From Marsupella aquatica (Eukaryota > Plantae > Marchantiophyta), in contig OZ316891.1 in the NCBI GenBank assembly GCA_973895155.1, positions 964,143-1,028,142 of the forward strand: a stretch of 64,000 bases of DNA. Reading direction: 5' to 3'. A program made the position numbers and the translations under genes. Of this stretch, positions 26,265 to 39,764 are shown piece by piece (position 1 is the first letter of the stretch; every line of letters begins with the position of its first letter). The notes beneath the pieces are model-generated. The model made no database searches. It worked only from the letters and a program-made list of their open reading frames with translations, and was not told the origin of the DNA.

Positions 26265-26856
26265 AGCTGAACATTGTACATGCACAGTGCACCTGATGTG
26301 GATGTACTATTTTTTGAGATTGCAGAGATTCCAATTTTGAAAAGGAGTTGGGTAGGCGAGTTTATATAGGCAGCACTTATCTTGTGCTCTGGCGTCAGTG
26401 GCTGGGTACATGCCTATACAAACTTATCCTTACAAGCCTTCTTGGAAGTATTTAGGCTGAGTGGTCATTTTCATAAACACTTTCATCAGACTGCTAAATT
26501 AAAACAGGACTTCTAAGTTGTAAGCGTATAAATTATCAGGCATGCAATTAATCAAATTGCCCTATAAGTTTGTCATTGAATGTATCCTCCTTTACAACAA
26601 AATATGTATGTGCCATGACAAGTTGGTTGCACTTCATTTCACCACGGATATGGATTTTGTAGTATATATTCAAACAATGTCCTGCATCCGTGCAGGTGCC
26701 TAGTACGTATTGTTCACATATCCCTTGTACCTATCAAAATCGGACCTGAGCACCAGTGGGCCAGATCAACTCAAAAAGCATGAATTTTGTTGTCCTTGTA
26801 TTGTCAGGTGAACCCATTCTTCCAAAATTCACTGTCATCACGTAGGGTGTGTGTAC

Positions 26857-27729
26857 ATGGAGCCTGGGAAACATAGAAAGTGTGACCACCCAGCAGTGTT
26901 TACAGGGGTCAGAGCGATTTTGGTCCATGGCCAGCATGGGTTGACCAAAGTGCATTGGCCAACTGTACAGAAACGATTCTCTGAGCTCCATGGCACTGTA
27001 GTTCAGGACATCACTCCAGAGACTACACATGTTGTTGCAGGGACATGGCTATCAGTGATAAACAAGTGGTCATGGTCCTACATGAATTCTGCAATTACTA
27101 AGCAAGGCCTAAAAGTAGTTGAGGCCTCTTGGATCACAGATTCCATAGCACATAAGATTGTACAGGATACTGAGCAATATGAGTTGTGGGAGGATGAAGA
27201 AGCTACTGCATCAGCTTGGGCTGAACAAGAAGTCTGGGAAGCAAAGGCACGGCTTGCTGATCTCCAATATGGACCTGTACTCAACAAAGGACAGAGCTCT
27301 ACAAGGCTGAAGAGTATGTTGGCTGAGGAGACGAAGCAACCAACCCCCATTCCGAAAGGGCTGAGCATGGTATTTGTGGAGGCGGGAATTGGAGAGGTTA
27401 AGTGCAAAGTGTACAAGTCCACAGTGCTTGACCTAGGTGGGACAGTGGAGGAGAATATAACAGAGGACACCACTCATGTCATTACTAAGTCATATCCCAA
27501 AGCCTGCCGCAAATTTGGGAAGGGAGACATTCGCTTTTATGTCATGTCCCATAATGTGTTTGTGGTTTCATATGCTTGGCTTGTGGAATCAGTAGCAGCT
27601 GGGAAGCGTCAAAACCCAATGGACTATGATCTTTTTGAGGCCTGGCCACGGAAGGGTCAGGATCCTTACAGAGAGGACTATGAGACAACAAGTGAGGAAT
27701 GGGTCATTAGCGATTCTGAATCAGAGTGA
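26857..27729 (+). CDS. Tandem BRCT-domain protein, CACTA cargo (~290 aa)
   Basis: Two repeats: HGTVVQDITPETTHVV...VVEASWITDSI...Y and GGTVEENITEDTTHVI...VVSYAWLVESV...DY. These carry the BRCT signature GG, THV and W..S. Acidic tail. Confidence 0.85.
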   Translation: MEPGKHRKCDHPAVFTGVRAILVHGQHGLTKVHWPTVQKRFSELHGTVVQDITPETTHVVAGTWLSVINKWSWSYMNSAITKQGLKVVEASWITDSIAHKIVQDTEQYELWEDEEATASAWAEQEVWEAKARLADLQYGPVLNKGQSSTRLKSMLAEETKQPTPIPKGLSMVFVEAGIGEVKCKVYKSTVLDLGGTVEENITEDTTHVITKSYPKACRKFGKGDIRFYVMSHNVFVVSYAWLVESVAAGKRQNPMDYDLFEAWPRKGQDPYREDYETTSEEWVISDSESE

Positions 27730-28160
27730 GGAGTAGTAGCATCAGTTTGGACACAAGTTTTTTTGTATAAATCAGATCATTGAAATAAATGTGATCTTTG
27801 AACTAATGTACCTTGTTATGGTTGGTGGCAGTTGGGCTTATTTTACTGTTGGCGGATTGTTGTTTCCTGCTGCCTGGGGGTGTCACTGTAAACGTACATG
27901 CAAAGGCGGTACATTTGAGGACAGCGGAGGAGGTGGTGACACCCTCCAACATTTAGGAATTTTGTGTCATTCACTTGACAATAGGTACACTACTTGCGAA
28001 CCTGTTTTTTTCTTTTGGGGTGGTTTAGGGTGTGAGAATTTAGTACACGTTATGTTAACTCTTTTGGCAGATACAGTCAGGGATATATGGAACACAAATA
28101 CCACCATTAGGCATCCTTGTTCACTGCTGTCCATGACTGCAGAGCTCCCAGCCTGTTACA

Positions 28161-31100
28161 ATGCACCCTGGTCACCACCCTCCCCAGACCCAGCCCAGGG
28201 CACAGGCACTGCCTTTGCATCATCCCACAAGGATATCACGCCATGATAATAAGCTTTGGCAGCGTGAAAGGTTACGAACCAGACTTTCAGGAGCCAGTAG
28301 GATGAGATGTCCTTGTGCAATCTGCCAAGGATCCCGTACCAGGGGTCTGAATGAGGTTTGGCGGCATATTGCGGTTCATGGAAGAGATCCACGACATCGA
28401 GTTTGGAATGATCCTGCAGAGGAAGATTCTTCCGACGAGGAGTGGAGGTTAGAATTTGATGCTGCCAATGCTGCAAGACGGGCAAGTGAGGTTCTGCCTG
28501 GTGCATTTGAAAATGTTGTAGCTGGTCTCTGTGGGTTGTTAGCTCTCCAACGGGATGGTGCTCAGGCAACACCACGTGACAAAGGAATTCATGTGGAAGA
28601 GATGGTGAGAGACATCTTCCAAGACTTGGATGCATTTCATGATGGGCTGGACAACGAAGAGGATACAGCTGCAGATGCAAGTGTGCCCCCTGTCGAAGAG
28701 CCTCTTGATGAGTTTGAGATAGGGCAGGAAACCCCTGGGCATGATGGGATGTTTGGCTCTCCCCTGCAAATACAGGAAGGCAGGAAGTTTTTGTACCCCG
28801 GTAGCAAATGTTCTAAACTGGGATTTGTCATCATGTTCCTGAACATTTGCGGCAACCACAATGTCCCCAACGTTTTGGTTTCTGAGTTGTTGGCATTCTT
28901 GCGAACAACTGTGCTACCAGATGGTAATATTTTGCCCAAGAACATGTACGAGGCAAAAAGATGCATATCTAATCTTGGATTGAACTATGATTCGATCCAT
29001 GCCTGTCCTGATGGGCATGTTCTTTTCAGAAAGGAGTATAAAGAATCGTTGACATGCCCTAAGTGTGGGAAGCACAGGTATCGGAACTCAAGAAAGTCTA
29101 TGGTTCCCGCCAAGGTACTTCGTCATTTTCCACACATTCCCAGACTTCAGCGGATGTTCAGAAGCCGTGCCATCTCGGAGATGATGACTTGGGCAACTGA
29201 CAAGAAAAGTGATGATGGGCTACAACGACATGTTGCAGATTCAAGGCAATGGAAACTCATAGATGAGATGTATCCCGAATTTGCTGCTGAGCTGAGGAAT
29301 GTCAGACTTGGGCTGTCATTGGATGGGGTAAACCCATTTGGAGACAAGAACAACAAATTTTCGTGCTGGCCTGTAACTATTTTGAATTATAACCTTCCTC
29401 CTTGGATGACTACAAAGCGATTTTTTGTTCTGATGGTCCTAGTGATACCAGGGCCAGACAGTGTTGTATCTGCCAACATAGATGTGTTTCTGGCTCCCCT
29501 AGTGGAGGAATTGAGAAAGCTTTGGGAGGAAGGAGTTCTCACATATGATGTCCTACAGAGGCTTGGGAGGTTAAACCCATTCATCCTTAGAGCCATTGTC
29601 ATTCTGACTATAGCTACTACCCAGCCCATGGGATGATATCAGGCCAAACAACAAAAGGATATTGTGCTTGTACTATCTGTGGGCGTAATGTCACCAGTGA
29701 GTACTCCAGAGCCCTGCAAAAAGTGATATACATGGGCCATCGTCGTTTTCTGAAGGCAGATCACCCTTACAAAGAAAGACAGGCACTGATTGCACACTTT
29801 GGCAATGAGATTGAGCAACGTGGACCCCCGGCACAAGTGACCAAAGAGGAGATCAGGCAGTGGGGAGCACTGAGGGATGACTATATCAAACGAGGGGGCA
29901 GGGAAGATGGAGTGAGTGATCCAATAAAGCGATATGGTGTAAAAAGACTGAGCATATTGGACTTGGAGCTCAAGTACTGGAGGGTAAGCCTCTTGGAGTT
30001 GATGTTAATTGGGATACATGTTTTGGTTCAGAGCATGTGCATTCATTTCGAAGAGAGAGACTAAACTTGAGGCATTTCCTGACGCTTTTGCATTGCAACG
30101 ATGCAGGAGTTTGAGCCAAGCAAACATAACATTGATGTTATGCACATTGAAAAGAATATTTGTGAGAGTCTACTCAGATTCTTGTGTGGAGAGAAAGACA
30201 CTGGTTCAGTGAGATTGGATCTTGAACAGAGGGGAATGAAACCCCATCTTTGGTTGAGGCCACATGCCCACAGAGCTGATGTGCTCTTGAAGTACCAAGC
30301 GCCCTATGTTCTGACAGACACAGAGTGGGAACTATTTGTGCAGAGGTTGAGTTCTTTGAAGGTTCCTTCAAACTATGGCAGTGCTTTCAAGAAGCATATC
30401 ATGACTAGAAAGCTTGGTAGTATGAAAAGCCATGACTACCATATGTTGATGCAACAGGTGTTGCCTTTATGTCTGACGGGCCTGTTGCAGAAGCCTGTTC
30501 GTACTGTGATCATGCGACTCAGTGATGTGTTTCGTCGTATTTGTGTGAAGGTTTGGGATGAAACACACTTCCCACAACTGACAGAAGATGTCGCTCAGGT
30601 GCTGTGTGACCTGGAGATTTATTTTCCTCCCGCATTTTTTGATGTCATGACCCACCTACTTGTCCATGTTGTGGAAGAGCTACACCAATTTGGGCCTGTG
30701 AGTGCTCGTTGGTTGTACCCTTTGGAACGGTACATGAAGCTACTCAAAGGTCACGTGAGAACATATTACAAACCTGAAGCAAGCATGGCTAAAGGTTACA
30801 TCAAGGATGAGACTCTGGGATTTCTGACCGAATACATAGCACAATATGAGCATGTGAAGACCAGGGTGTGGAATTCTGATGAGGAGGAAGGGGTGATAGG
30901 TGAAGTACTGGAAGGGGCTGCAACCACAAAGAACCTGACCATATCTATGAGAGACTTGGCACATGACTTTGTATTGCACAACACTGTGGTGATGGAACCC
31001 TGGATACAGTGAGTGCATACATGTGCTATAATCCAGTTCATGAGCTTAAATGTTGTGTTCGTGTGGTTTTCTCCTTCAGCCTGTTCATGTTTACCCAAGC

Positions 31101-31891
31101 TAATGCTGTGTGGTTGTTCGTTTAGGGAGTATGAGTCATTGAAGGCGGCCCATCCCACTGCAGGAACAACTTTTCCAGGTTTCATGGAGTGGATCAGAGT
31201 GGCAATTAGAGAGCATCACGAGACCCACCCAGACATGGATGCAGATGTTTACCTACTGTCTAATGCCCCTAGCCTGAAAGTGAAGACTTACAAACGGATG
31301 AGAGCATATGGGAATCACTTCCGAGTGAAGGATGGTGACAGTGCCTATAGGGTGACGAATGACTGCGGGCTCATCACTGTATTTGAGCAACAGAGCCACA
31401 ATCACGACAGGGCCTGGATGGAGATGGGATATGTGGGAGAATTAGTTGACATATGGGCTCTGGACTATGGGGCGGTGTCCAGTCCTGTGATTCTTATGAA
31501 AGGTTCATGGGTGCGGCAGGATTGGCTTGGTAACAGGGCTACCATGAAGAGAGACAACGACGGTTTCTTGCTGGCCAATTTCAGAGGGAAATTGCCCGAA
31601 TGGTCTGAGCCATTTGTGTTTCCTAGTCAGGTGGAGCAAGCTTTCTTCCTGGATGTGGAAGACTCCCCAGGTTGGCGTGTAGTGTGTCATAAACAGGCCA
31701 GGCAACGTCGGATGGAAGGATCAAACCTTGAGTTTCATTTACACTCTCATAGTGCCTTTGATCGTCGGCGTTCAGACCAAGTGCCTGTAGTTCATGATAG
31801 CCGGGACTTCATTCCTGTGACAAGGGTAGATGCATTTGCTGAAGGAGGCGAATTCAGAGATGCAGATGCCAACAGTGTGCCTGTGCCATGA
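28161..31891 (+). pseudogene. tnpD: CACTA TnpD transposase (Transposase_21, DUF4218, DUF4216), frameshifted near 29612; introns ~29984-30107 and 31009-31125
   Basis: Motifs MRCPCAIC, IHACPDGHVLFRKEY, RNVRLGLSLDGVNPFG, YNLPPW, IDVMHIEKNICES, MKSHDYH, PPAFFDVMTHLLVH, RWLYPLERYM, PEASMAKGY and EPFVFPSQVEQAFF. The TI-DYPA motif is split by a frameshift. Confidence 0.93.
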
Positions 31892-32046
31892 GTAATGTGA
31901 ATTGTTTGCATGGACATTAGTGAGGGGAAGGATGTGTAATAAAGTAATTCTGAAGCAACACAGATGTATGGATGGATGCCTGGTGATTGTGGTTGCATTG
32001 TGTTATACGGGGTGACCATAGATGACATGTTTTTGTGGTCCAGTAG

Positions 32047-35000
32047 GATGGAATAGAGTGACACGGAGATGTGTGAGTATGAAAGGAAAGCTATGGAACA
32101 ACGAGCATACATGAAAGCCAAAATCGCAGAACTGGATCTGGAAAAGGATGTGGCTGAATTGTAAGGGAACGATTCTCAACTACACCCCTCCGCTGAGTTT
32201 GTGTGACATGAATAGTTCAATGTGGCACTGAAATTGTGACTATATTCTCATATTGGAATGTCGCAGAGCCACAGCATTTTCAAAGAAACAAAAGGAGTAC
32301 GCAAGAAGGGTGACCAGCACTATCTCTGGGCCTGTGCGTCGGAGTGACAGGTTGAGCAAGAAGGTCGTACCTACAATGGCAGAATGTGGAGATGACATTG
32401 ATGCTGCACAGGTGGGTGCAGACACTAGACAAGAAGATGCAGATGATGAGTATTTTCCAGAGGAAATGGATGAGGATGGGGGTTATGAAGATGAATACAT
32501 TGCAGAGCAGCCCCAAAAGAAACAGGTAAGTAGTTTTCCCAACAAGGTTTTGAGTTACTCTTGTTTAGAGGTTTCATATGTTCAGTACTACACATATGTA
32601 CCTTGCTTAGTTCCTGACATTGTAGTTGGTGATGTGATGCAGCGTCCTGCCAGTTCTGTTTTGCCTTTGAAGCCTGTGCATGCACCATACCAGCAGGGGG
32701 GCTGACCTCTGATCAAGGTTGGCGAGGTGGTAGTAGTGGTAGATCCCAGGCTGGTGCCCAATACTATGGCAGGGGGCAAGCTCTAGGTTATGCCCGTGGT
32801 AGAGGCAGAGCAGGTCCAAACCCACAATCTCGTGGGTATGGACGTCCACCTCAACCATGGGGATGTGAGTATATATCTATATGCCAGTTCTTTGTGAAGG
32901 CATGGCACTCCTGAATTTCAGACTGCATATCAATTTTTGACATTGTTTGGGATGTATTGGATTCAGACAACATGAAATTCTGTCCACCTGCCATTGCATG
33001 CAGATTCTGCCCAACCTGATTGGGCAAATGCTAATAATGATCAGTTCCAATGTCCACAAGGATAGACATGGGTTGAACCAGGTTGGGAGGATGGTGGTGG
33101 GTCGTGGAATGAACAAGGTTGGGAAGGTGGTGAAGGTAATTGGCAGGGATATCAAAATTCAGTACCTACAAACGCTGGAAGAGGGGCAGGTAATGTCTGA
33201 TCTTGTCAGCAATGGAAGAACTCATTATATGTGAGTCCATTCACGTGGGGGGGACTCTGCACATGTATAATGATAGAAAATGTATGTGTGCAGGTTGGAC
33301 AGTCGAACCATCGACTCAAGTATTCACTAATGCCCCTATGCAGATGCAGCACGGAAGGGGGACAGGTATGTCGGTGAATGTTCAGTTGTTTTCCTACAGT
33401 TTGTACTTAGTTTTCAGTACATATGTTTGCACACACATACCTAGAAAGTGACATCATCCGGCCCCTGTACTAGGCTGGACAGGTGGTCCAGGGTCGCAAC
33501 AATTTCAGAGTGCAGTCCCTGCACAGGCATCTACAGGCAGAGCTACAGGTATGTATGTTTGAAGAATTTTTCTTGAAGTGAAGCATTGAATGTTGCCGTC
33601 ATCCATTCTGCTATATGTAGTTGTCAAGCATGAATGGCATTGTATTTTCCCAGGTGGCTTCAGAACCCCAGGTAGGGTGAATGAAGGGGTGGCCAATACA
33701 ACGCCCAGTACTACCGAGAGCAGTGCACGAGGGGAGGTGACAAAGAAAGGGAACGTAAAGTTGAATGAGAGACAATGGGTGGATGCTGAGTGTCCTTGCA
33801 AGAACCGATGGCATGCTGATTTGAAAGCTGAAGTATTGCGTTGGTTAGATGTGAGTGTTATTAATTTTAAAAAACAGCATCCAAAAGATTGGAAGACTGT
33901 ATGTGAAAATGTTGCTGCCAAATGGAATTATATGGGCAGTGATGATGGCGTGGACATAGGTTGCCTAGAGAGTACAGCAGGTAAAATCATCAAGCAAGAG
34001 AGGTGGAGAATGCATAAGGCTTGGAAGGAAGGTGGGGAGAAGCCAGATATGCCTCCACCAGCCAGTTGTGATGATAAAGTGTGGGCAAGGTTAGTAGCTT
34101 ATTTTGTAACAGATGCTTCAAAAAAGAAGAGTTCACAGATGACCGAGGCCAGGTTGAGTGTTCAGAACCCTAATCTGACAGGAAGGACCGGCACTGCACC
34201 GACAGCTAAACGTTTGGTAAGAATGAATGGCCCAGCTATGTAATTTATGCTACACTATGTACTGTTTTTTAGTGTAAACCCATACATGTAAACTTTGTTT
34301 TTTAGTGTACGTTCCCTGAATATTGATCGATAACTTGTGTTTGCCATGCATGTGCAGAAAGCCCAATTGGGGCAAAGCCCTTCAAAAGAAGAGTTGAGGG
34401 CTGAAATTGTGAACACCCGGGCTCAAGAGGGTGCATCTGAATCCTCCAAGCATGTAAGTTATATGAGTTCTGATTGGTAATTGAATGACCTGCGTTGAAT
34501 TTCAGGTGTACACTGTGTGCATATATTGCCCAACATTTCATATGGAGTGATTGAACCTATACCCCTGTGTCATGTAGGGAGGTGGATCTCACTTACAGAG
34601 ATAAGTGGTCATTTGAAGGCTGTCAAAACATGTCTTCCAGAGATCAATGAACGTTTGAATTCATTGACTGACTTGTTCCATGTGAACTTCAAGACATTAA
34701 TGGAAGCTGTTGTGTCGGTGAGAGATAAAATTGATTCCAATTCTGCAGGAGTTCCACCATCACCACTTGAGGTGGCAAAGTCGATGCACTCTTCTGGCAT
34801 GCCAACGACATGTAGGCTTGAAGGTAAGGCCTTTACAACTGTGTGGGATATGATTATTAAATGTATAGTTTGAATTGACATTGTTTGTTGAATGTGTTAT
34901 TTTCAGTAACATATATTGTGGTTGTTGTGTCCATAGAGAATAAGACAGGTGCTACAGAGAAGAAGTATGAGAACCTGGCAAATACTCGCTGTAATTTAGA

Positions 35001-35733
35001 GGCAACAAAGTTGCAGTCTGTACAAGCAACTTGTTTGACAGAGGGCAGTCAACCATGTTTGGATGAGGATGACATTGGCAAGGGAGTGGATGATATCAAT
35101 GTTGGGGCAAATGAGGATATCAGCAAGCATGACAATGATACCATTGAGCCAGATTCATGCTATGTAGATCTTGACTCCATTGCAGAGATAAATGATTTGC
35201 AGAATGTATCATTCTCAATGACAGGTGTGCCTCTTGTTGAGATAAATCCAACCAAAAAGTTAGTTGGTATGACACTCCCAGGTGATGAACCTGCTACTGT
35301 GACAGTCCTAACAGAGGAACCTATTGAGCCTAGCTTCACTACTATGAAGAGAGGAAGCATGCGCACATGAAGCAAGTCTGCTGGTGGGAGCAGAGCCACG
35401 TCAAAGGTTTCATACAAACCTCCAAGAACAGTGATGGCAGAAAGATCTAAGGTGGAAGTGGGGAAAGCACCTAATGCTGAGGGACAAAGTGGCTTGTTAG
35501 CTGTTGATGAGAGTGGAACACGAGTAGGATTTGGCAGAGTGCAAGTTGGTTCCACAACGTTCCATGGCAAGAGGATTCCCCCAGGTTATTCAGTAGTGTT
35601 AGTCACATTACTAGTGAAACCTAAAGCTGTCCTTCCCATTCCAAACACAAATGATGATCCTCCTCAAAAGACACTTGGAGATGCTGCAGGTTCTTTGGTA
35701 TTATGGCCAAGCAAGTTCATAGAGGATCCATAA
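32047..35733 (+). pseudogene. tnpA: CACTA TnpA-like multi-exon gene with in-frame stops
   Basis: N-terminal CEYERKAMEQRAYMKAKIAELDL, a Transposase_24-like segment (PPASCDDKVWARLVAYF...KKSSQMTEAR...GRTG) and a C-terminal FHGKRIPPGYSVVLV...LPIPN...TLGDAAGSLVLWP. A TGA at 35368-35370 splits one frame. Exon boundaries are only approximate. Confidence 0.75.
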
Positions 35734-38700
35734 CAATGTCATGCCATTATTTGTTTGTAGTGTGAGTCATGTTATGTAGATTTTAGATGTCAAGAAGCAG
35801 TACAAGAATCATGTCCTCTTGGAGATTCATAGTATCATGCATGTGCTTTCAGTTATCTCATCCTACAGTCATCAATTATGAGTTCCTGTTTTGTCTGAAT
35901 TACATTGATCACATTGTAAACTATTCCATTGGAATTCAAATGATCTTCATTTTTTAGCAAGATTGTGATTGTGTTTAATTCTTATGAATGTTTTATGTAG
36001 GATCTGCTTATATGATGCTTTGTTTCATGTGGATGTCATTCATGCTATGTTCATTTCTTGTATTCAATGTGTTATATTTCTAAAGTTAGAACATCAGGTT
36101 TCTATGTATTGTAATGTCGAGTGCTCTCTCTCCTTATGAACTGTCCCTCTGTGTTCATTAGTCATGGTTATAACTTGCATGTGAACCTTATTAGTTATAA
36201 ACATGAGTATATAGAGTCCCAAATGGTTCTGTTGTGTGACGCGGGCCAGGGTCTCCATTGGTCTCTCTTGTGACACTAAATAGTCACACGCTAGTCGTTG
36301 TTGAATGCGGGTAAGTCATGTATGTGACTTACGATGTGACTCGCTGAAGTCATATTGCAGTCACGTCGAAACAAGGCTAGACTCCACAATAAAGTCACAG
36401 ATCAGTCACAAATGGGTATCAAGCAAGTTGCAAAGCCCAGTATCAATAGTGACTTCCATTTTTTGGTCTCAACTTTTGCAACTCCAAGGGTCACAGCGTG
36501 GGTCAAGTCACGTTGAGTCACAATGAAGTCACATGAGCCAAAATGAGTCACATATTGCGGTCTCAGTTCACCTCGGATTCTTCTAGTGGAGGTAAGGGCA
36601 AGATATCAAGGAGAGGGCAAGATGTCGAGGTGAGGGTAAGATTTTGAGGCAATGGTAAGATTTTGAGGCGAGACAAACATGGTTGTGCATTGCAAACATG
36701 TAATTCAGGCAAACATGTAATTTTAGTAAGGTAAAGAACTACTCATTAAAAGCTGGGGTTTTTAGGTGGATCAAACTCAAATATTGGATTTTCCATAATC
36801 CTTTCTTGCCCATTTCATGTGAAAAGTGTTGTCAATGCGGAGACCTTGTTCAATATAGCACAATCATGAAATTATGTAATCAAGTAATGTAATTCAAGTG
36901 AACGCAAAAATATGGGATAAGGCGCAAATGGGTAATGAGAGTACATGGGCAAGAGTTAGGTAAGAAATCCTTATTGTTAATGATACAAAAGATGGAACAA
37001 AAGACCGGAAAAAAGATGCAAATGGGGGCAAAGAGCTGGTCTCCAGACTTGGGAAAGGATTAGGGCAAAAGAAAGACTAATAGAGATGAGGGGGCATGTC
37101 AAGCAATACATGTCTTGTGGAGAAAAGATGTTGGGAGCTTGATATTCTTGGTCTTCATTAAAAATGCATTTTTTGAAAAGATTTTCAAAGAGAATGTTGG
37201 AGATATAGATGGAATAACAAATTTGGGACCGATCTTCTATACAACAAAAAACAAAAATATAATCAAAACATGTAAAAAATAGTGGACTTTGCTTTTGCAT
37301 TTTTAATTTATTTTGGAAGTAGATGTTGTTTTGTTGTGAAAACTATATTGTTGGGGAGAGCAAGGATGTGGGAGGGTGAGAGCTAGTGCAAGAGAGATGA
37401 TGGCCCCAGGTGCTTTGATACTATTGGGAGGGGAATATTTTATTTTTTTCTCTCCCATTTTTTCCCATTTTTACACTCCTATGCAACACCATTACTCCCT
37501 TTTTTTTACATTGGCACCATTAAATAAACAGAAAAAATGCACAAAACATGATGTCGGACCTATCGAGAAGGGTGACCACCCTTCTCATTTTTCATGATCA
37601 ATTTTTTTTCTAAGGCATGTAAAACCCGATACAAATTGTGCATTCCAGAAAAATAGTCATCCATGATTAGGAGGAATGCAAAGATCGATACGGGTATCGA
37701 CCTTTGCACTTGTAAATTCTTTGGTTATCAGAAATTTACAGAAATGGTGAAACTGTGCATAACCGCGCAGTAGGCTCTAACTATGGTTAAGTTTAACTAG
37801 GGTTAAGCTAGAAATTAACCATAGCTACCTCCAAAAGTATAAATATGACTGCCCGCTCATGGAAAGAAGTTTCATTTTTTCAAGTCCTCTTTCACAATCA
37901 AGCTCTCACCCAACCCAAAGAAAACCTCCTCTCCATACAGATGCGCATTCTGGTCTTAAGAGTAAGCTTCCACTTTCCAAAGCAAACTGTGATACTCGTA
38001 TCATAATCAGCTTTGTAGAAAGCAACTTGCGATACTTGTATCATAAGTTGCATTCAAACCTAAGTTTCAAACCCTCAACAATACAGGTATCGCTTGGTGC
38101 ATTGAGCCAACTCAATTAGTCTTATGGTGCAGGAGTGAAAATACTTCAATCATGGTTTAGATTCTGTCTCTTGAAGATTGTAAAGCCGTTTGCTGCTCAT
38201 CTCGCAGTTCTTCATATTATGTTGGGGCCCTTATTTTCTCTTGGGTAGCTGTTGGTCGGATCCGAAAGCCAATAGCGATACTTGTATCACTCTTTGGATT
38301 GAGTAGTGTAGATTTAGGACGGACTGCACTGCAAAGATCATTGGACTGGGTCACTCGTGACCTCTAAGGTGGACCTGACAAAACCCCACCTAAACAAACA
38401 CAAATACTCTGTTCCGTTCGCTTACAAGCAAAAATGTGCCCAACAAAAGTTGGGCTCGACAATCTTTTGAGTGCCCAAAGAGTGACGGCCTCGTGTCTAT
38501 ATATATCCTCTCCCATACAATGTTTCCCATTTTTTCTTGTCTTTGTGAGAGCTCGTGTGAGAGATTTTGGAAAGGAGCATTGTTTGGCTAGAGAGGAGAC
38601 TGAGGACGTGGTGTGGCCTGGCTGATTCAAAAAGAAATAGTTTTACCCTGTAGGCAGCACCAGAACAAGTTCTAGAGGCGGCGCAAATGAAGACAGTGCG

Positions 38701-39764
38701 AACCATGGTTTGTACTGTGAAAAGGATTTGGTCTGCTTCTTGAGTCATTTCCCTTAGTTGGTTTTGCACAAATAGTTTTTGAGGCATTCCGTGTGGCTTG
38801 TGAAAGACATATTAGATAGTCGTATTGCTTCGAGTAGGAGTCTTTGTGTTTTGTCATCTAAAGAGGAATCGGCGGATGGATTGGAAAGTGTTGGCCCAAT
38901 CCGAAAGCAAATTGCGGTGCTTGTATCTCTCTTGGGATTGAGTCATGTTGTTCTCAGAATTAAGCTGAATTCAGTAATCCCAGTTAAAACATCATAAATT
39001 AACTAGAGACTCCATTAGAGCCTGCAATCTTGTATCTGTAGCCCGATCGTGGATTCATGGATCCTCTTGGGGGTTTGTAAGGTGTTGGCTTGTTAAGAAA
39101 GCAAAGCTTGTTCTCTCGTTCTTCTCTCTTTGCTCAATGGCAACATTCCCAAAGAGCGGAGGAAGACTTGCAAGTCTGAAGGACTTAGAATTCATCGCTG
39201 TCGATTTGGCCATTCCCACAATAACAATCATGACATAGTACTTGCTCAAATTGATGCAGCCAAAGGGCGACGAAGGAGAGGACAGTGAGTTGATCGTAGT
39301 CACCACCGGCAGAGAAGGAGTTGCAGCTTGTCATGTCTGTCAATCTATCTTTCCTTTTGTTCCAATTGTTTTGTAAGTTGCTCTTTTGCATTGATGCGGG
39401 CATTGGCGATTCTTCTGCGATTTTGAGTTTTGAGAAGCAGATTAAGTGATCAAATTGATAGTTTACATTGATTGCCAGTATCGTCGGCCTTTCTTCATTT
39501 TTTGAGCTTCCTGAGCTTCAGATTTGACTCACCGGCACTACATGTCATTGTGCAGATGGACAACGATAGCCTTGACCCTTGCTGGATTAGAACCACATGA
39601 GAATCGATAGCAGCTCCCAACAGACGCCCCTGCTCAAGGTTCTTGGACCCAGTAGAAAGCAACTTGGATGCCGTATTCAGAAGAAAGCAAAGCACGATAC
39701 TTGTATCGCTCGTGGGATTGATCAAGCAGTGTAGATCTCAAATTTGATCTGCCAAAGGAAAACA

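Larger units (their letters stand above)
19165..36588 (+). mobile_element. CACTA (En/Spm) DNA transposon, 17,424 bp, complete termini
   Basis: TIRs CACTAGAAGAAACCG / CGGATTCTTCTAGTG (14/15 match) and a 3-bp TSD GAG (19162-19164, 36589-36591). The interrupted host repeat GGGCAAGATGTCGAG|GT.AGGGCAAGAT resumes after the element. It has subterminal GTGACT/AGTCAC repeats and encodes TnpD and TnpA. Confidence 0.97.

Noticed and set aside
27791-28246. 151-aa ORF upstream of tnpD and the many antisense ORFs over real genes
   Set aside because: No motif support. They overlap better-supported frames or probable intron/UTR sequence.
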